This document shows, piece by piece, positions 17,573-27,728 of a DNA stretch of 64,000 bases. The stretch comes from Syntrophus sp. (in: bacteria) (lineage in GTDB: Bacteria; Desulfobacterota; Syntrophorhabdia; Syntrophorhabdales; Syntrophorhabdaceae), in NCBI GenBank assembly GCA_013824645.1, contig PNOF01000006.1:6029-70028 (forward strand), given 5' to 3'. The translations under genes were made by a program, and so were the position numbers. Position 1 is the first letter of the stretch, and every line of letters begins with the position of its first letter. The notes under the pieces are model-generated. The model worked only from the letters and a program-made list of their open reading frames with translations. It was not told where the DNA came from and ran no database searches.

Positions 17573-18868
17573 ATGATCGAACGATATACTCTACAGAGAA
17601 TGGCCCGCATCTGGACAGACGAAAACAGGTTCCAGAAATGGCTCGACATTGAAGTTGCCATCTGCGAAGCCTACGGAAAGCTCTCTCTCATTCCCGAAGA
17701 AGACCTGAAGATCATCAAAGCTGAAGCCCGCTTTGATGTGCAGAAGATCCTTGTGATCGAAAAACGTACAAAACACGACGTGGTAGCCTTCATCGAATGC
17801 GTCTCCGAATTCGTCGGACCTTCGGCAAAATACATCCACATGGGTGTCACCTCCTCGGATATTCTCGATACGTCCTTTGCCTGTCAGTTGAATGAAGCCT
17901 CGGACATTTTAATCGAAGACATCAAAGCCCTCATGGGTGTTCTCAAAGAACGCGCCATGCAATACAAAACAACTCCGGCCATCGGCAGGACCCACGGCAT
18001 TCACGCGGAACCGGTCACATTCGGCCTCAAGATAACCCACTTCTATGATGAAATGCGACGGAACCTTGAACGCATGGAAGCTGCCAAAGAGCGTGTTCGT
18101 CACGGCAAAATATCAGGCGCTGTTGGCACCTATGCCCATGTGCCCCCCTCTGTTGAAGAATACGTCTGCGACAAACTGGGACTGAAAGCCGCTCCGATAT
18201 CATCGCAGATTATCCCCCGTGATTACTACGCGGAGTTTTTTACGACCATCGCCATCATCGGTTCATCAATTGAAAAGATGTCCATGGAAATAAGGAACCT
18301 CCAGAGGACCGAGGTGAGTGAGGCGGAAGAGTTTTTCCAGAAAGGTCAGACAGGTTCTTCAGCCATGCCTCACAAGAGAAACCCCATCGCATCGGAAAAC
18401 CTCTGCGGTCTCGCGCGGCTCCTTCACGGATACGCTATGTCCTCGCTGGAAAATGTACCTCTCTGGCATGAGCGCGATATCAGCCACTCATCCGTTGAAA
18501 GGATCATAGCGCCGGACGCGACGATCGTCCTCGACTATATGCTCGAACGGGTAAAGAACCTCTATGGCAACCTCATCGTCTATCCGGAAAAGATGCTGGA
18601 AAATATGAACATGTCCCGTGGGCTTTATCATTCTGAAGCGATACTGCTGGCACTCATCAAAAAGGGTCTCACACGCCTTGAAGCATACAAACTCACACAG
18701 GGTGTCGCCATGCGGTGCTATGAAAATCACCTCGATTTCGTTGCGGAACTGAAGAAAGATGAGGCATTGCGGCAATATTTAAACGAAGCGGAAATTGAAA
18801 GCACCTGCACCAATGAACACTACTTCCAGCACATCGACACAATCTACAAACGCGTCTACGGCAACTGA
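17573..18868 (+). CDS. purB: adenylosuccinate lyase
   Basis: 431 aa. MIERYTL..M..IW..E...Q.WLDIE N-terminus, fumarate-lyase signature GSSAMPHKRNP, and typical PurB length. Confidence 0.95.
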   Translation: MIERYTLQRMARIWTDENRFQKWLDIEVAICEAYGKLSLIPEEDLKIIKAEARFDVQKILVIEKRTKHDVVAFIECVSEFVGPSAKYIHMGVTSSDILDTSFACQLNEASDILIEDIKALMGVLKERAMQYKTTPAIGRTHGIHAEPVTFGLKITHFYDEMRRNLERMEAAKERVRHGKISGAVGTYAHVPPSVEEYVCDKLGLKAAPISSQIIPRDYYAEFFTTIAIIGSSIEKMSMEIRNLQRTEVSEAEEFFQKGQTGSSAMPHKRNPIASENLCGLARLLHGYAMSSLENVPLWHERDISHSSVERIIAPDATIVLDYMLERVKNLYGNLIVYPEKMLENMNMSRGLYHSEAILLALIKKGLTRLEAYKLTQGVAMRCYENHLDFVAELKKDEALRQYLNEAEIESTCTNEHYFQHIDTIYKRVYGN

Positions 18869-18925
18869 TCCTAATTCGCATTCAACTTTGAACTTATTCC
18901 AATTTGCCATCATAATGATTCTACG

Positions 18926-19130
18926 CGGAAGGGGGAAGCGGTTTCTTGTGGCGGATATCGAGGACGGATTGGGTCCCTGCCGATGAACCGAAGCGGGTCT
19001 GCGGCCAGGCCGCGTTAAGGCCAATTCTCGCTGTCTGAGCCCAGGGCGAGTTCGAGAATTGAGCGTAGGTGAATCGTTTGCAGGGTAATCCGCACACAGT
19101 GGGAGCAAAAGAAATTGTTTCCCTCTTCCG
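18926..19130 (+). ncRNA. candidate ~205-nt structured RNA (rod-like, unknown family)
   Basis: 18926-18947 pairs with 19109-19130 as a 22-bp helix containing four G-U pairs. These would be C-A mismatches on the other strand, so the plus strand is favoured. Further nested helices are GCGGAT/ATCCGC, CCCTGC/GCAGGG, CGAT/ATCG and AATTCTCG/CGAGAATT. The region is GC-rich compared with its flanks. Confidence 0.35.
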
Positions 19131-19169
19131 TATCAACTTGAAAGCAAAATGGAATTACCCCAAGTGGGG

Positions 19170-19487
19170 CTAACAGGCAATTTGTATATACTTCATGCGT
19201 AAATCATAGAGTATACTTTCTATCAAACGGTCTTCTTCTTCGGTAAGATTGCCCTTTGTTTTCTCTTTCAACATCTCAATAATACCTATAGTCTGTTTCG
19301 CAAGGGGTATATTGGTGCTTTTTTCATTCTTCAAAGGATCCGGCAATTCCCCAAGACATACTATGGCAGACGTTGACAGTGAGAGGAGAAAGGTCGAAAA
19401 CGCCAAGGTAGTAGTATAAATATCTTCCTCACAGGTATTTGAAGCTGTATTATTTTCGCTGTTCTTCATCTCTTCGTTATCTTCCAT
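19170..19487 (-). CDS. DUF1844 domain protein
   Basis: 105 aa. The block FSTFLLSLSTSAIVCLGELPDP......PLAKQTIGIIEMLKEKTKGNLTEEE.RLIESILYDLRMKY matches the DUF1844 pattern as I remember it. Confidence 0.75.
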   Translation of the reverse strand: MEDNEEMKNSENNTASNTCEEDIYTTTLAFSTFLLSLSTSAIVCLGELPDPLKNEKSTNIPLAKQTIGIIEMLKEKTKGNLTEEEDRLIESILYDLRMKYIQIAC

Positions 19488-19496
19488 AGTAACCCC

Positions 19497-20882
19497 CTAA
19501 AGTAGAGTATCCAGTTTCACCGGTAAAAAGAAGAGGCTTTCGTTCCTTTTCACCTGATAGAGAATATAATTCCTTTTCAGCCCTTCTACCATAAAGGAAT
19601 CGAAATCTTTATTATCCTTTATACTGTTGTTGTTGATTTTTACAATGACATCACCGCTCTTAAGACCCGATTTTTCGGCGATACCGTTGCTAAAGACCTT
19701 CGTTACCACCACCCCTTCTTTGTCTCTGAGCTTATACTTTAATTTCGGATACCCTTTTATGTTGGCTATTCTCATACCACAGAGCACTTCGTCGATAGGA
19801 AGAGGGGTGAACTTCTCCAGATCGACGGCATCGATATTGACGATATATTTTTTCGCTCCCCGCACAATTTTGAGCTGCATAATGTCCCCTTTTATACTTC
19901 GCAGGACGCTCTGCAGCTTCGTTCCTTCCCGAATTGTCTTCTTATTCAGCTCCGTGATCCGGTCACCTGTTTTGATACCATATTGAATGGCCGGGCTCCC
20001 CGGAATGATCTTGTTCACATTAAGAAAGTAACCTCTTTCGTCCTTTCTCTTTTCCATAAAAAGTCCGAGGATAGGCCTTCTGGGGCTGCTTTCGAGAAAC
20101 TCGGAAAGCATGCCTATAACATCGTCCATAGGGATAGCAAACCCTATACCCTTTCCTTCACCATAGATGGCCGTTACAATCCCCAGAGGATTTCCTTCGC
20201 TATCGAGCAACAGCCCTCCGCTGTTTCCCGGGTTGATTGCCGCATCAGTCTGGATGAGATTTGCATAGACTTTGTTATCGATCCGCAGATTTCTCCCGAT
20301 TGCGCTGACAACGCCTGCCGTGACAGAGCTTGCCAATCCATAAGGATTACCAATGACAATGGCCTTTTCACCGACAAAAACACTTTTCTTTTTCCCCATT
20401 GTTAAATAGGGGAAATCAGTTTTATTTGAAATTATTTTCAAAAGCGCGATATCGAATTCAGGATCACTGCCGAGTACATGAGCTTCGTATTCCTTACCAT
20501 TAATAAATTTCACCCGGATATTAATTGCCCTTGCAATGAGGTGTTCATTGGTCACAATAATGCCTTTTGGGTCAAGGACAACACCGGAGCCGATATTTTC
20601 AACAAGCTCTCCTGTCTCCTCCTCTCCGGCAAAATACCGTTTAAAAAAAGAGGGTTTTTTCTCATCACCCGGCGTTGTCGACATTTCTTCTGTTTTGATA
20701 TTTACAATGGCCTTGCTCGCCATATCAACAACCTTCACCACCGGATCTTCGGCAGCATTGGCTGTAAGCGGCATTACAGAGGGGACGATGGACGATAAAA
20801 AACATAGGATGCACAAAAGATACCGCATGTGTGCGGTAACAACATTGGTCTGATGGACGAATGTCCGGTGAGGTCTTCCCAT
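19497..20882 (-). CDS. HtrA/DegP-family periplasmic serine protease with two PDZ domains
   Basis: 461 aa. Catalytic triad context TNEHL, DIALLKI and GNSGGLLLD, followed by two PDZ-like segments. The true start may be the internal MRYLLCILCF signal peptide (ATG at 20828). Confidence 0.9.
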   Translation of the reverse strand: MGRPHRTFVHQTNVVTAHMRYLLCILCFLSSIVPSVMPLTANAAEDPVVKVVDMASKAIVNIKTEEMSTTPGDEKKPSFFKRYFAGEEETGELVENIGSGVVLDPKGIIVTNEHLIARAINIRVKFINGKEYEAHVLGSDPEFDIALLKIISNKTDFPYLTMGKKKSVFVGEKAIVIGNPYGLASSVTAGVVSAIGRNLRIDNKVYANLIQTDAAINPGNSGGLLLDSEGNPLGIVTAIYGEGKGIGFAIPMDDVIGMLSEFLESSPRRPILGLFMEKRKDERGYFLNVNKIIPGSPAIQYGIKTGDRITELNKKTIREGTKLQSVLRSIKGDIMQLKIVRGAKKYIVNIDAVDLEKFTPLPIDEVLCGMRIANIKGYPKLKYKLRDKEGVVVTKVFSNGIAEKSGLKSGDVIVKINNNSIKDNKDFDSFMVEGLKRNYILYQVKRNESLFFLPVKLDTLL

Positions 20883-20909
20883 GGAGTGTTTTTTAATACC
20901 AGTCTTCCT

Positions 20910-22139
20910 TTACTTTTTCCTCTTCTTTATAACCTTTATTACAGCATCGAGGATAGTCTGGGCAATCTCATCTTTGCTCATTTTCGGCACTTCTTTCGAA
21001 ACCCCTGATTTTTCAATAATAGTCACTTCATTATCGTCGGCGCCAAAGCCGATTCCCGCTTTTGCTACGTTGTTGGCGATAATAAGGTCAAGATTTTTCT
21101 TCTTCAGTTTTTCTACCGCATGCTCGAGAATGTTGTCTGTTTCCGCGGCAAAACCAACGAGGATCCTATCCTCTTTGACCTTGCCAAGCTCACCGATAAT
21201 GTCCGGGTTCTTTTCGAGCTCCAGCATGAGGTAGTTACTGTCACCTTTCTTCTTGATCTTCTGGCAGGCTTCGTTCCTGCATTTAAAATCCGCAACAGCG
21301 GCGGTCTTGATAATGACGGTAGCCCTTTTATAGTGTTCCATTACAGCATCTCTCATATCACATGCAGTGGTTACCTGTATCATAGGTATATCGGTCCGGG
21401 GCAGTTGAAGAGCAGTCGGGCCGGTAATCAGCATTACCTCTGCGCCGCGTCTACGGGCAATTTTCGCGATAGCGTACCCCATCTTGCCGGAAGACTTGTT
21501 GGTAATACATCGAACCGGATCGATGTATTCCGTGGTGGGACCGGCGGTAATAAGTATCCTCTCGCCTGCAAGATCCTTCACGGCAAAGATATCCTCTATA
21601 TTTTCCATGATCTCTTCAATGGTGGGGAGCCTGCCCTTTCCTTCGGTACCGCATGCAAGATCGCCGCTTGCCGGTTCCATCATCTTGTATCCAGCGTCTT
21701 TCAGTTTCTGGGTATTGGCTTGTACCATGGGGCTTCCCCACATCTTTGTATTCATGGAGGGAACAAAAAACACCGGCACTGTTGTGGCCATAACCATTGT
21801 TGTAAGAAAATCATCAGCGATGCCGTTGGCAACCTTTCCGATAATGTTCGCCGTGGCTGGCGCGATAACAAGCAGGTCGGCAATGTCAGAGAGTGTTATA
21901 TGGCCTATTTTTGAACCGGTAAAGAGTTCAAACATTTCGTGAATCACGGTATTACCAGAAACCGTCTGAAACGTAAGAGGCGTTACAAATTCCATGGCGT
22001 TCTTCGTCATAACAACGTGCACGTTGGCCCCTCGTCTCGAAAGACCCCGTACGAGTTCCACTGTTTTATAAGCCGCAATCCCGCCGGTAACCCCAACGAT
22101 AATCTCTTTATTCTTCAGCATCGTAAATCGTTTTTCCAT
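20910..22139 (-). CDS. coaBC: bifunctional phosphopantothenoylcysteine decarboxylase / phosphopantothenate-cysteine ligase
   Basis: 409 aa. The N-terminal flavoprotein half has GVTGGIAAYK and PATANIIGK. The C-terminal CoaB half has ITAGPT.E.IDPVR.ITN.SSGKMG and AAAVADF. Confidence 0.95.
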   Translation of the reverse strand: MEKRFTMLKNKEIIVGVTGGIAAYKTVELVRGLSRRGANVHVVMTKNAMEFVTPLTFQTVSGNTVIHEMFELFTGSKIGHITLSDIADLLVIAPATANIIGKVANGIADDFLTTMVMATTVPVFFVPSMNTKMWGSPMVQANTQKLKDAGYKMMEPASGDLACGTEGKGRLPTIEEIMENIEDIFAVKDLAGERILITAGPTTEYIDPVRCITNKSSGKMGYAIAKIARRRGAEVMLITGPTALQLPRTDIPMIQVTTACDMRDAVMEHYKRATVIIKTAAVADFKCRNEACQKIKKKGDSNYLMLELEKNPDIIGELGKVKEDRILVGFAAETDNILEHAVEKLKKKNLDLIIANNVAKAGIGFGADDNEVTIIEKSGVSKEVPKMSKDEIAQTILDAVIKVIKKRKK

Positions 22140-22147
22140 ATACCCTC

Positions 22148-23359
22148 TCAGACGTTCAGACCGAGTCTTCTGATAAACCTGGTGAAGAGGTTTGCCTTCG
22201 GCACATAAACAGGTGAAACAATGTTCACCTTCCCGATCACCTCATTATCAAGTTTGATTATCATCTCACCCAACTTCTGCCCTTCACGTATCTCACCTGT
22301 CACCTTCTCCGGAATAAGCATTTCCTTTTTCACAGTGCCTTTTTTATCAACTGACATGGGGTACAGGAAATTGCTCTCAGCTATCCCTTTCATCTTTCTG
22401 TATTTCCCGTCAACAAGAAAAATATCTTTATCGATGACCTCGCCCTTCTTCACAACATTCAATATTTTATACTGAGCAAAGGCTTTTTTCAACTTTTCCA
22501 TAACAACATTATCACGTATTTTACCTGTGGGACTTCCCATGACAACCACAATAAAGCGCAGTTCTCCCCTCTTTGCCGTTGAAACAATATTGAACCCGGA
22601 CTCATGGTAATAGCCCGTCTTTAAACCATCGGCCCCGGGGAATTTCGTAAGCAATTTGTCGGTATTGGTGAGGACAAACTTCCCGTCCCTGAAACTGTCT
22701 GTTTTCGTTGAGGTCCACTCAAGGAGCTTGGGATATTTCAAGAGTTCCCGGGCAAGTATAACAAGATCGTTGCAGGATGTCAGGTCCTCTTTTTCTCCTT
22801 TGCCCGGAGGGAGGCCGTGGACGGAATGGTATTCCGTATCAACAAGGCCCAGCATCTTTGCCTTTTCATTCATAAGCCGGACCATCTCATCGATACTGCC
22901 GGTAATATGCTCGCTTATGGCATATGCCGCGTCGTTTGCCGAATGGATCATCATTGCTTTCATAAGCTCGTCAAGAGTAAAGATCTCGCCTTCTTTGAGA
23001 TAGACCTGACTTCCGCCTATCCTTGCCGCTTCCTTCGAAACAGTAATCTTATCAGTCAATTTGATCGCGCCGGTGGCCAGCTTTTCCATGACAACGTCAG
23101 CTACCATAAGTTTTGTAATGCTTGCAGGCGGTCTCTTTACGTTCGCGTTCTCGCCTTCCAAGACCTTACCGGTACCTGCCTCTACAACGATATACGCCTT
23201 GTATGGCAATGCTGATTCCTTGACTCGCCTCTCCGTTGAAGAGTTTTTCGCCGGTTCAGTTTTTTTCTTCTCTACCCTTCGTGCCTCTGTAATAGTCGCC
23301 CAGGAGAGGAGTACAAGGACAATAATGCATAGTTTTTTCATAGTGCTCACTTTCTTCAT
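22148..23359 (-). CDS. D-alanyl-D-alanine carboxypeptidase (PBP5/S11 family)
   Basis: 403 aa with a signal peptide. Carries SxxK (PASITKLM), SxN (HSANDAA) and KTG (LKTGYY) motifs and a PBP5 C-terminal domain. Confidence 0.85.
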   Translation of the reverse strand: MKKVSTMKKLCIIVLVLLSWATITEARRVEKKKTEPAKNSSTERRVKESALPYKAYIVVEAGTGKVLEGENANVKRPPASITKLMVADVVMEKLATGAIKLTDKITVSKEAARIGGSQVYLKEGEIFTLDELMKAMMIHSANDAAYAISEHITGSIDEMVRLMNEKAKMLGLVDTEYHSVHGLPPGKGEKEDLTSCNDLVILARELLKYPKLLEWTSTKTDSFRDGKFVLTNTDKLLTKFPGADGLKTGYYHESGFNIVSTAKRGELRFIVVVMGSPTGKIRDNVVMEKLKKAFAQYKILNVVKKGEVIDKDIFLVDGKYRKMKGIAESNFLYPMSVDKKGTVKKEMLIPEKVTGEIREGQKLGEMIIKLDNEVIGKVNIVSPVYVPKANLFTRFIRRLGLNV

Positions 23360-23363
23360 TAAT

Positions 23364-24125
23364 TTATTTACTCATTTTATCCATAAAGACCTTTAGCAGG
23401 TCTATAGGTATGGGGAAGATAATCGTTGAATTCTTCTCCGTTGAAATCTCGATGAGGGTCTGCAAATATCGTAGCTGTAGAGCCATAGGGTTTCTGGACA
23501 GCACATCGGAGGCTTCCGCAAGCTTTCCCGATGCCTGGAATTCACCTTCCGCGCTGATAATCTTCGCCCTTCTTTCACGTTCCGCTTCTGCCTGACGGGC
23601 AATGGCCCTCTGCATTTCCTGCGGGAGATCAACGTTTTTCACTTCCACATTGGATACCTTTATCCCCCAGGATTCTGTATGCGTATCAAGTATCTCCTGG
23701 AGCTTCTCGTTGAGCTGTTCCCTGTGAGAAAGAAGATCGTCGAGTTCGGCCTGACCGAGGACACTCCGAAGTGTTGTCTGTGCAAGCTGACTTGTGGCAT
23801 AAAGAAAATTCTCCACGTCGATAATGGCTTTTAGGGGATCGACGACCCTGAAATAGACAACAGCGTTCACCTTAATGGACACGTTATCCTTGGTAATAAC
23901 ATCCTGCGGGGGTATATCGAGGACAACAGTTCTGAGGCTCACCTTAACCATCTTGTCGATAATGGGGATAAGGATGATAAGCCCCGGACCCTTGGGAGCG
24001 CCGAGGACCCTGCCGAGCCTGAATATAACACCTCTTTCATATTCATTTAAAATCTTGATGGCACTGGCAAGAAAGAATACGATTAAGACTGCAATAAATA
24101 CATACGCCGGGAACATTGAGAACAT
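23364..24125 (-). CDS. SPFH/band-7 (stomatin-like) membrane protein
   Basis: 253 aa with an N-terminal TM segment. SPFH core is [10 protein letters not shown]...[11 protein letters not shown].......VYFRV.DP, followed by a coiled A/E-rich tail. Confidence 0.9.
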   Translation of the reverse strand: MFSMFPAYVFIAVLIVFFLASAIKILNEYERGVIFRLGRVLGAPKGPGLIILIPIIDKMVKVSLRTVVLDIPPQDVITKDNVSIKVNAVVYFRVVDPLKAIIDVENFLYATSQLAQTTLRSVLGQAELDDLLSHREQLNEKLQEILDTHTESWGIKVSNVEVKNVDLPQEMQRAIARQAEAERERRAKIISAEGEFQASGKLAEASDVLSRNPMALQLRYLQTLIEISTEKNSTIIFPIPIDLLKVFMDKMSK

Positions 24126-24127
24126 AA

Positions 24128-25447
24128 TTACCCTCCTTTTTTCTTCACAATTACAACGAGCTTCTCCACGTTTACAACGATTACTTCTTCGCCAACACTG
24201 ACGGGCTCATCACTTTTCGCATTCCATAACTCTCCATGAACAGAAACCTTACCTTTTTCCAATATATCTGTTTTTGCAACACCTGTCTCACCAGCAAGTC
24301 CCTCCATACCCGTTCTTACCTTTGATAGCTGGGCCCTTACGGCATAAGCGAGAATAACAAAAACAAAAAGACCTGAAGCTGCCGCAACGATAAGTATTGT
24401 TTTCCATGAAATTGAAAGCACGCTTGAGGGTACGTCAATAAGCATAACAGAACCAACGACAATTGACGCGATACCGGCAATCCCTAAAAGCCCATGGCTT
24501 ATGATTTTCAGTTCAAGAATAAAGAAAACAATGCCGAGTAGTATAAGCGCCAGTCCCGCAAAGCTGATGGGTATTGTTTGAAAGGCGTAAAGGGCAAGAA
24601 TCAAAGAGACGCTGCCGACAACTCCGGGAAAAATGGCGCCAGGACTGTACAGCTCGAAAAGTATCCCGTAAATGCCGGCCATCATGAGAAGATAGGCCAC
24701 ATTGGGGTCGCTTACGTAAGAGAGGAACTTATACTTGAAAGTCATAGGGATTTCAACGCTCTTTATGCCTCTGGTCTTCAGGACCACTTTGCCGGACTTC
24801 GTTTCAACAGTCTTACCGTCTATTTTAGCCAGAAGTTCATCAGTGTTATCGGCAATAACATCGATGACATTTTTCCCAAGGGCGTCTTTTGCCGTGATAG
24901 AAGCGCTTTCTGTTACCGCCTTCGCGGCCCACTCCACATTTCTCCCCTTTTTCATGGCAATGCTTCGTGAATAGGCCTCAGCATCCTGGAGGACCTTCTT
25001 CATCATTACCTTGTCCGGCTGTTCTTTGCCGATTGATACCGGGTGGGCAGCTCCGACATTGGTACCGGGCGCCATGGCGGCCACATGTGACGCCATGAGA
25101 ATGATACTCCCAGCTGAAGCCGCACGAGCTCCCGATGGAGAGACATAGACGATGACAGGAACCTGGGCGTCCATGATATTTTTTACAATATCCCTCATGG
25201 ATGTATCGAGACCGCCGGGGGTATCGAGGAGGATCATGAGGGCTTCGCCGCCTTTCTCTCTCGTCTTTTCAATTGATTCTTTTATAAAACCGGCAACGGG
25301 CGGGTTTATGGCTCCATTAATTGTAATGGAATAAACATCTTTTGCCTGTGTCAATGACGGGATGAAAAAAAATAGTATCAAAAACCCGAAAAGAAGAAAA
25401 CTTTTTTTTGTATGCTTCTTTATCAGTTTTTGACAGAAACGCTTCAT
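24128..25447 (-). CDS. NfeD-family membrane-bound ClpP-class serine protease
   Basis: 439 aa. ClpP-like N-domain (LDTPGG...[14 protein letters not shown]), four TM segments and a C-terminal OB-fold NfeD domain. Shows the classical pairing with the downstream SPFH gene. Confidence 0.85.
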   Translation of the reverse strand: MKRFCQKLIKKHTKKSFLLFGFLILFFFIPSLTQAKDVYSITINGAINPPVAGFIKESIEKTREKGGEALMILLDTPGGLDTSMRDIVKNIMDAQVPVIVYVSPSGARAASAGSIILMASHVAAMAPGTNVGAAHPVSIGKEQPDKVMMKKVLQDAEAYSRSIAMKKGRNVEWAAKAVTESASITAKDALGKNVIDVIADNTDELLAKIDGKTVETKSGKVVLKTRGIKSVEIPMTFKYKFLSYVSDPNVAYLLMMAGIYGILFELYSPGAIFPGVVGSVSLILALYAFQTIPISFAGLALILLGIVFFILELKIISHGLLGIAGIASIVVGSVMLIDVPSSVLSISWKTILIVAAASGLFVFVILAYAVRAQLSKVRTGMEGLAGETGVAKTDILEKGKVSVHGELWNAKSDEPVSVGEEVIVVNVEKLVVIVKKKGG

Positions 25448-25932
25448 TTATGGGAAAATTTCTCCTTGAGGCTAAGCTCCACAACCTCGGGCACAAATAC
25501 CGCCACTGATCCGTTAAAAGCTGCCACCTCTTTAATTGTCCTTGAGCTTACAAAAAAATAGTCCTTGCTCGTCATCATAAAAAGGGTATCCATCTCAGGA
25601 TTCAGGTTCCTGTTCATGGATGCCATCTGAAACTCATACTCGAAATCACTCATAGCCCGAAGCCCCCGAATTACAAAGGGTGCATCCACCTTCTTCACGT
25701 AATCAACGAGAAGACCGTCAAAGCTGTCAACGATAACTTTGTCATCTTTATTTATAGATCCCCGGATCAACTCTTTCCTCTCTTGCACGGTAAAAAGGGT
25801 TTTCTTTTCAATGTTATTTGCAATGGCAACAATAACCGTATCAAAAAGCTCCAGACCGCGGTGGAGGATATCCAGGTGCCCGAATGTAATAGGATCAAAA
25901 CTCCCCGGATAAACAGCCACTTTACCTTTCAT
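25444..25932 (-). CDS. coaD: phosphopantetheine adenylyltransferase
   Basis: 162 aa. AVYPGSFDPITFGHLDI and the ISST-like segment (FVSSRTIKE). Confidence 0.95.
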   Translation of the reverse strand: MKGKVAVYPGSFDPITFGHLDILHRGLELFDTVIVAIANNIEKKTLFTVQERKELIRGSINKDDKVIVDSFDGLLVDYVKKVDAPFVIRGLRAMSDFEYEFQMASMNRNLNPEMDTLFMMTSKDYFFVSSRTIKEVAAFNGSVAVFVPEVVELSLKEKFSHK

Positions 25933-26531
25933 TAAAACCCCCTTGTTGTCGACTCAATGTTGAGTATCATAATGGTTGTATCACCATACCTTTTAGTCTT
26001 TACGGGAACTATTTTCTGAAAATCCGGAAAAGCAATTGTTTCTCGTTTCGAGTATTCCATGATCATCATGGTATCTCTTCCGTAAATTACATTTTTTTCC
26101 AATATGATCATTATCTCTGTAAGGTAACCCTTCTCGTAGGGCGGATCCATAAAAATTATATCATAGAGAGCGCCCTTGCTGCAGAGAAAAGGGACTGCAT
26201 ATCTTACATCCATATCAAGGACTTGGCAATAACTATTTAGTGACAGGGCTTCAAGGTTATCCTGGAGGATCGTCACCCTCTTTGGATCGTTCTCCACACA
26301 CGTTGCCGATGCAGCTCCCCTGCTCAGGGCTTCTATGGAAAATGACCCCGAGCCGGCAAAGAGATCAAGGATATGTTTTTCTTCCACATCGCCTATGATG
26401 TTAAAGAGCGCTTCCCGTACCTTTGATGATGTATAGCGGGCATCATTGCCGGGAGCAATACCGATGGCTCTATTTCTGAGACTTCCGCCTGTGATCCTCA
26501 GATTATTCATGGCAACATCTTTCTTCTTCAT
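25932..26531 (-). CDS. rsmD: 16S rRNA (guanine966-N2)-methyltransferase
   Basis: LRITGGSLRNR, LDLFAGSGSFSIEALSRGA and DPPY motifs. Start placed at the internal ATG (26531-26529) that forms an ATGA overlap with the upstream stop. The longer track ORF (to 26594) would overlap the ArsA-like gene by 67 nt. Confidence 0.85.
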   Translation of the reverse strand: MKKKDVAMNNLRITGGSLRNRAIGIAPGNDARYTSSKVREALFNIIGDVEEKHILDLFAGSGSFSIEALSRGAASATCVENDPKRVTILQDNLEALSLNSYCQVLDMDVRYAVPFLCSKGALYDIIFMDPPYEKGYLTEIMIILEKNVIYGRDTMMIMEYSKRETIAFPDFQKIVPVKTKRYGDTTIMILNIESTTRGF

Positions 26532-27472
26532 GGAAATAGAGACCGGGAAACTTCCATGATTCTTTCTACCCCTTTTATTTCGTAAGGAGCACAATAAAGA
26601 ACCATTAGGTTTTTACCTTTATAGGTATTTTCCAGGAGATTTATATAATGTGATTGCATTGTTCTTCGTATCCGGTGAAATTCACAATCGCTGTCCTTTA
26701 CCACATTATTGATAATAATATTTTCTACCTTTAATTGATTATCCTCCAGTTCACAAATAACCCTTTCGGTGAGCTTTACCCCGAGGGCTTCAGGGATCGT
26801 CACAATGAGGTACTTTACCATCATGGGATTTCTGATGAAGGCAACAATCCTTTCAGCAAGTGACTCCCAGTTCGCTATAATTTCAAGGAGCGTTTTCTTT
26901 GATTCGTTGAGTTTCACCGCCTCTTTTATCTTTTCCAGATAGCTATAGATATTCATATAAAACTTTGTTGCCGCCTCCATATGGGAAAGAAAAAGCTCCG
27001 GCAGTTTCAGAAGGCGTAGTGTATGGCCTGCCGGCGCCGTATCCCAGACAACAACATCATATGTTTTCCCCTCCACAAGTTCCATAATAAAATTGAGCAT
27101 ATATTCTTCTTCGATACCCGGCGCCGACCCGATATAATCCACAAAATCATAATCAACATCTGCAAATGAAGAAACTACATCATAAATCTCAGGGCCGAAC
27201 CGTTTTTTCCAGCGCTTGAGAATAATCTCTGATGATACTTCAAGGGCATATAATTCGTATTGATCGTGAATTCTGACTTCTCTGTCGCCAACCTCTTTTT
27301 CGAAAATGTCTGAGAGCGACGGCGCCGGATCACTGGAAATGACAAGTACCTTTCTTTTATCCATGGCAAGTTTGAGCGCAATGGCGGCAGCACAGGTCGT
27401 CTTTCCGACACCTCCTTTTCCGCCGATCATGATAAGCTTTACGTGGTCATCTTCAATGCCTGCAAGGCCCAT
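26528..27472 (-). CDS. ArsA/GET3-family P-loop ATPase
   Basis: 314 aa. Deviant Walker A GGKGGVGKTTCAAAIA, and DTAPAGHTLRLL (switch II / A-loop region typical of ArsA/Get3). Confidence 0.8.
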   Translation of the reverse strand: MGLAGIEDDHVKLIMIGGKGGVGKTTCAAAIALKLAMDKRKVLVISSDPAPSLSDIFEKEVGDREVRIHDQYELYALEVSSEIILKRWKKRFGPEIYDVVSSFADVDYDFVDYIGSAPGIEEEYMLNFIMELVEGKTYDVVVWDTAPAGHTLRLLKLPELFLSHMEAATKFYMNIYSYLEKIKEAVKLNESKKTLLEIIANWESLAERIVAFIRNPMMVKYLIVTIPEALGVKLTERVICELEDNQLKVENIIINNVVKDSDCEFHRIRRTMQSHYINLLENTYKGKNLMVLYCAPYEIKGVERIMEVSRSLFP

Positions 27473-27728
27473 AGGTCACCTATCATATCATTTCATGTGT
27501 TAAAAAGCGATTCCTACCAGGTTATTCCAATTCTCAATCTGATAGTTCCTCGCAGCTCTGCTGTAGGGAGGTTCATTCAACCGTGCATTTACGTGAGAAA
27601 ACATTTTATTGACGTATGAGAATGGACATGAGACCTGTTTTTTCATTTACTGATCGATTAGACTTTAGACTTGTTATTTTTTCTCTCTCTGCCGATAATA
27701 ATAGAGATGCTCAGCAAGGATCAGCAAC

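Noticed and set aside
18926-19130. Assignment of the structured element to a known RNA family (RNase P, tmRNA, SRP/4.5S, cobalamin, glycine or ZTP riboswitch).
   Set aside because: Hallmark sequences are absent: GGAAAGUCCGG for RNase P, the tRNA-like ends of tmRNA, the GGUCCGGAAGGAAGCAGCC-like SRP core, the full B12 box context, and CCGCCUGGGC for ZTP. Some appear only as partial look-alikes on the wrong strand. The family is left unknown.
27665-27699. Sigma-28 (FliA) promoter for the small EIDAL-repeat protein.
   Set aside because: GCCGATAA matches the -10 perfectly, but no TAAA-type -35 lies at the expected 15-nt distance. The same bases can be read as a sigma-70 promoter (TTGTTA-N17-GATAAT). 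It is mentioned in the finding but not annotated as a feature.
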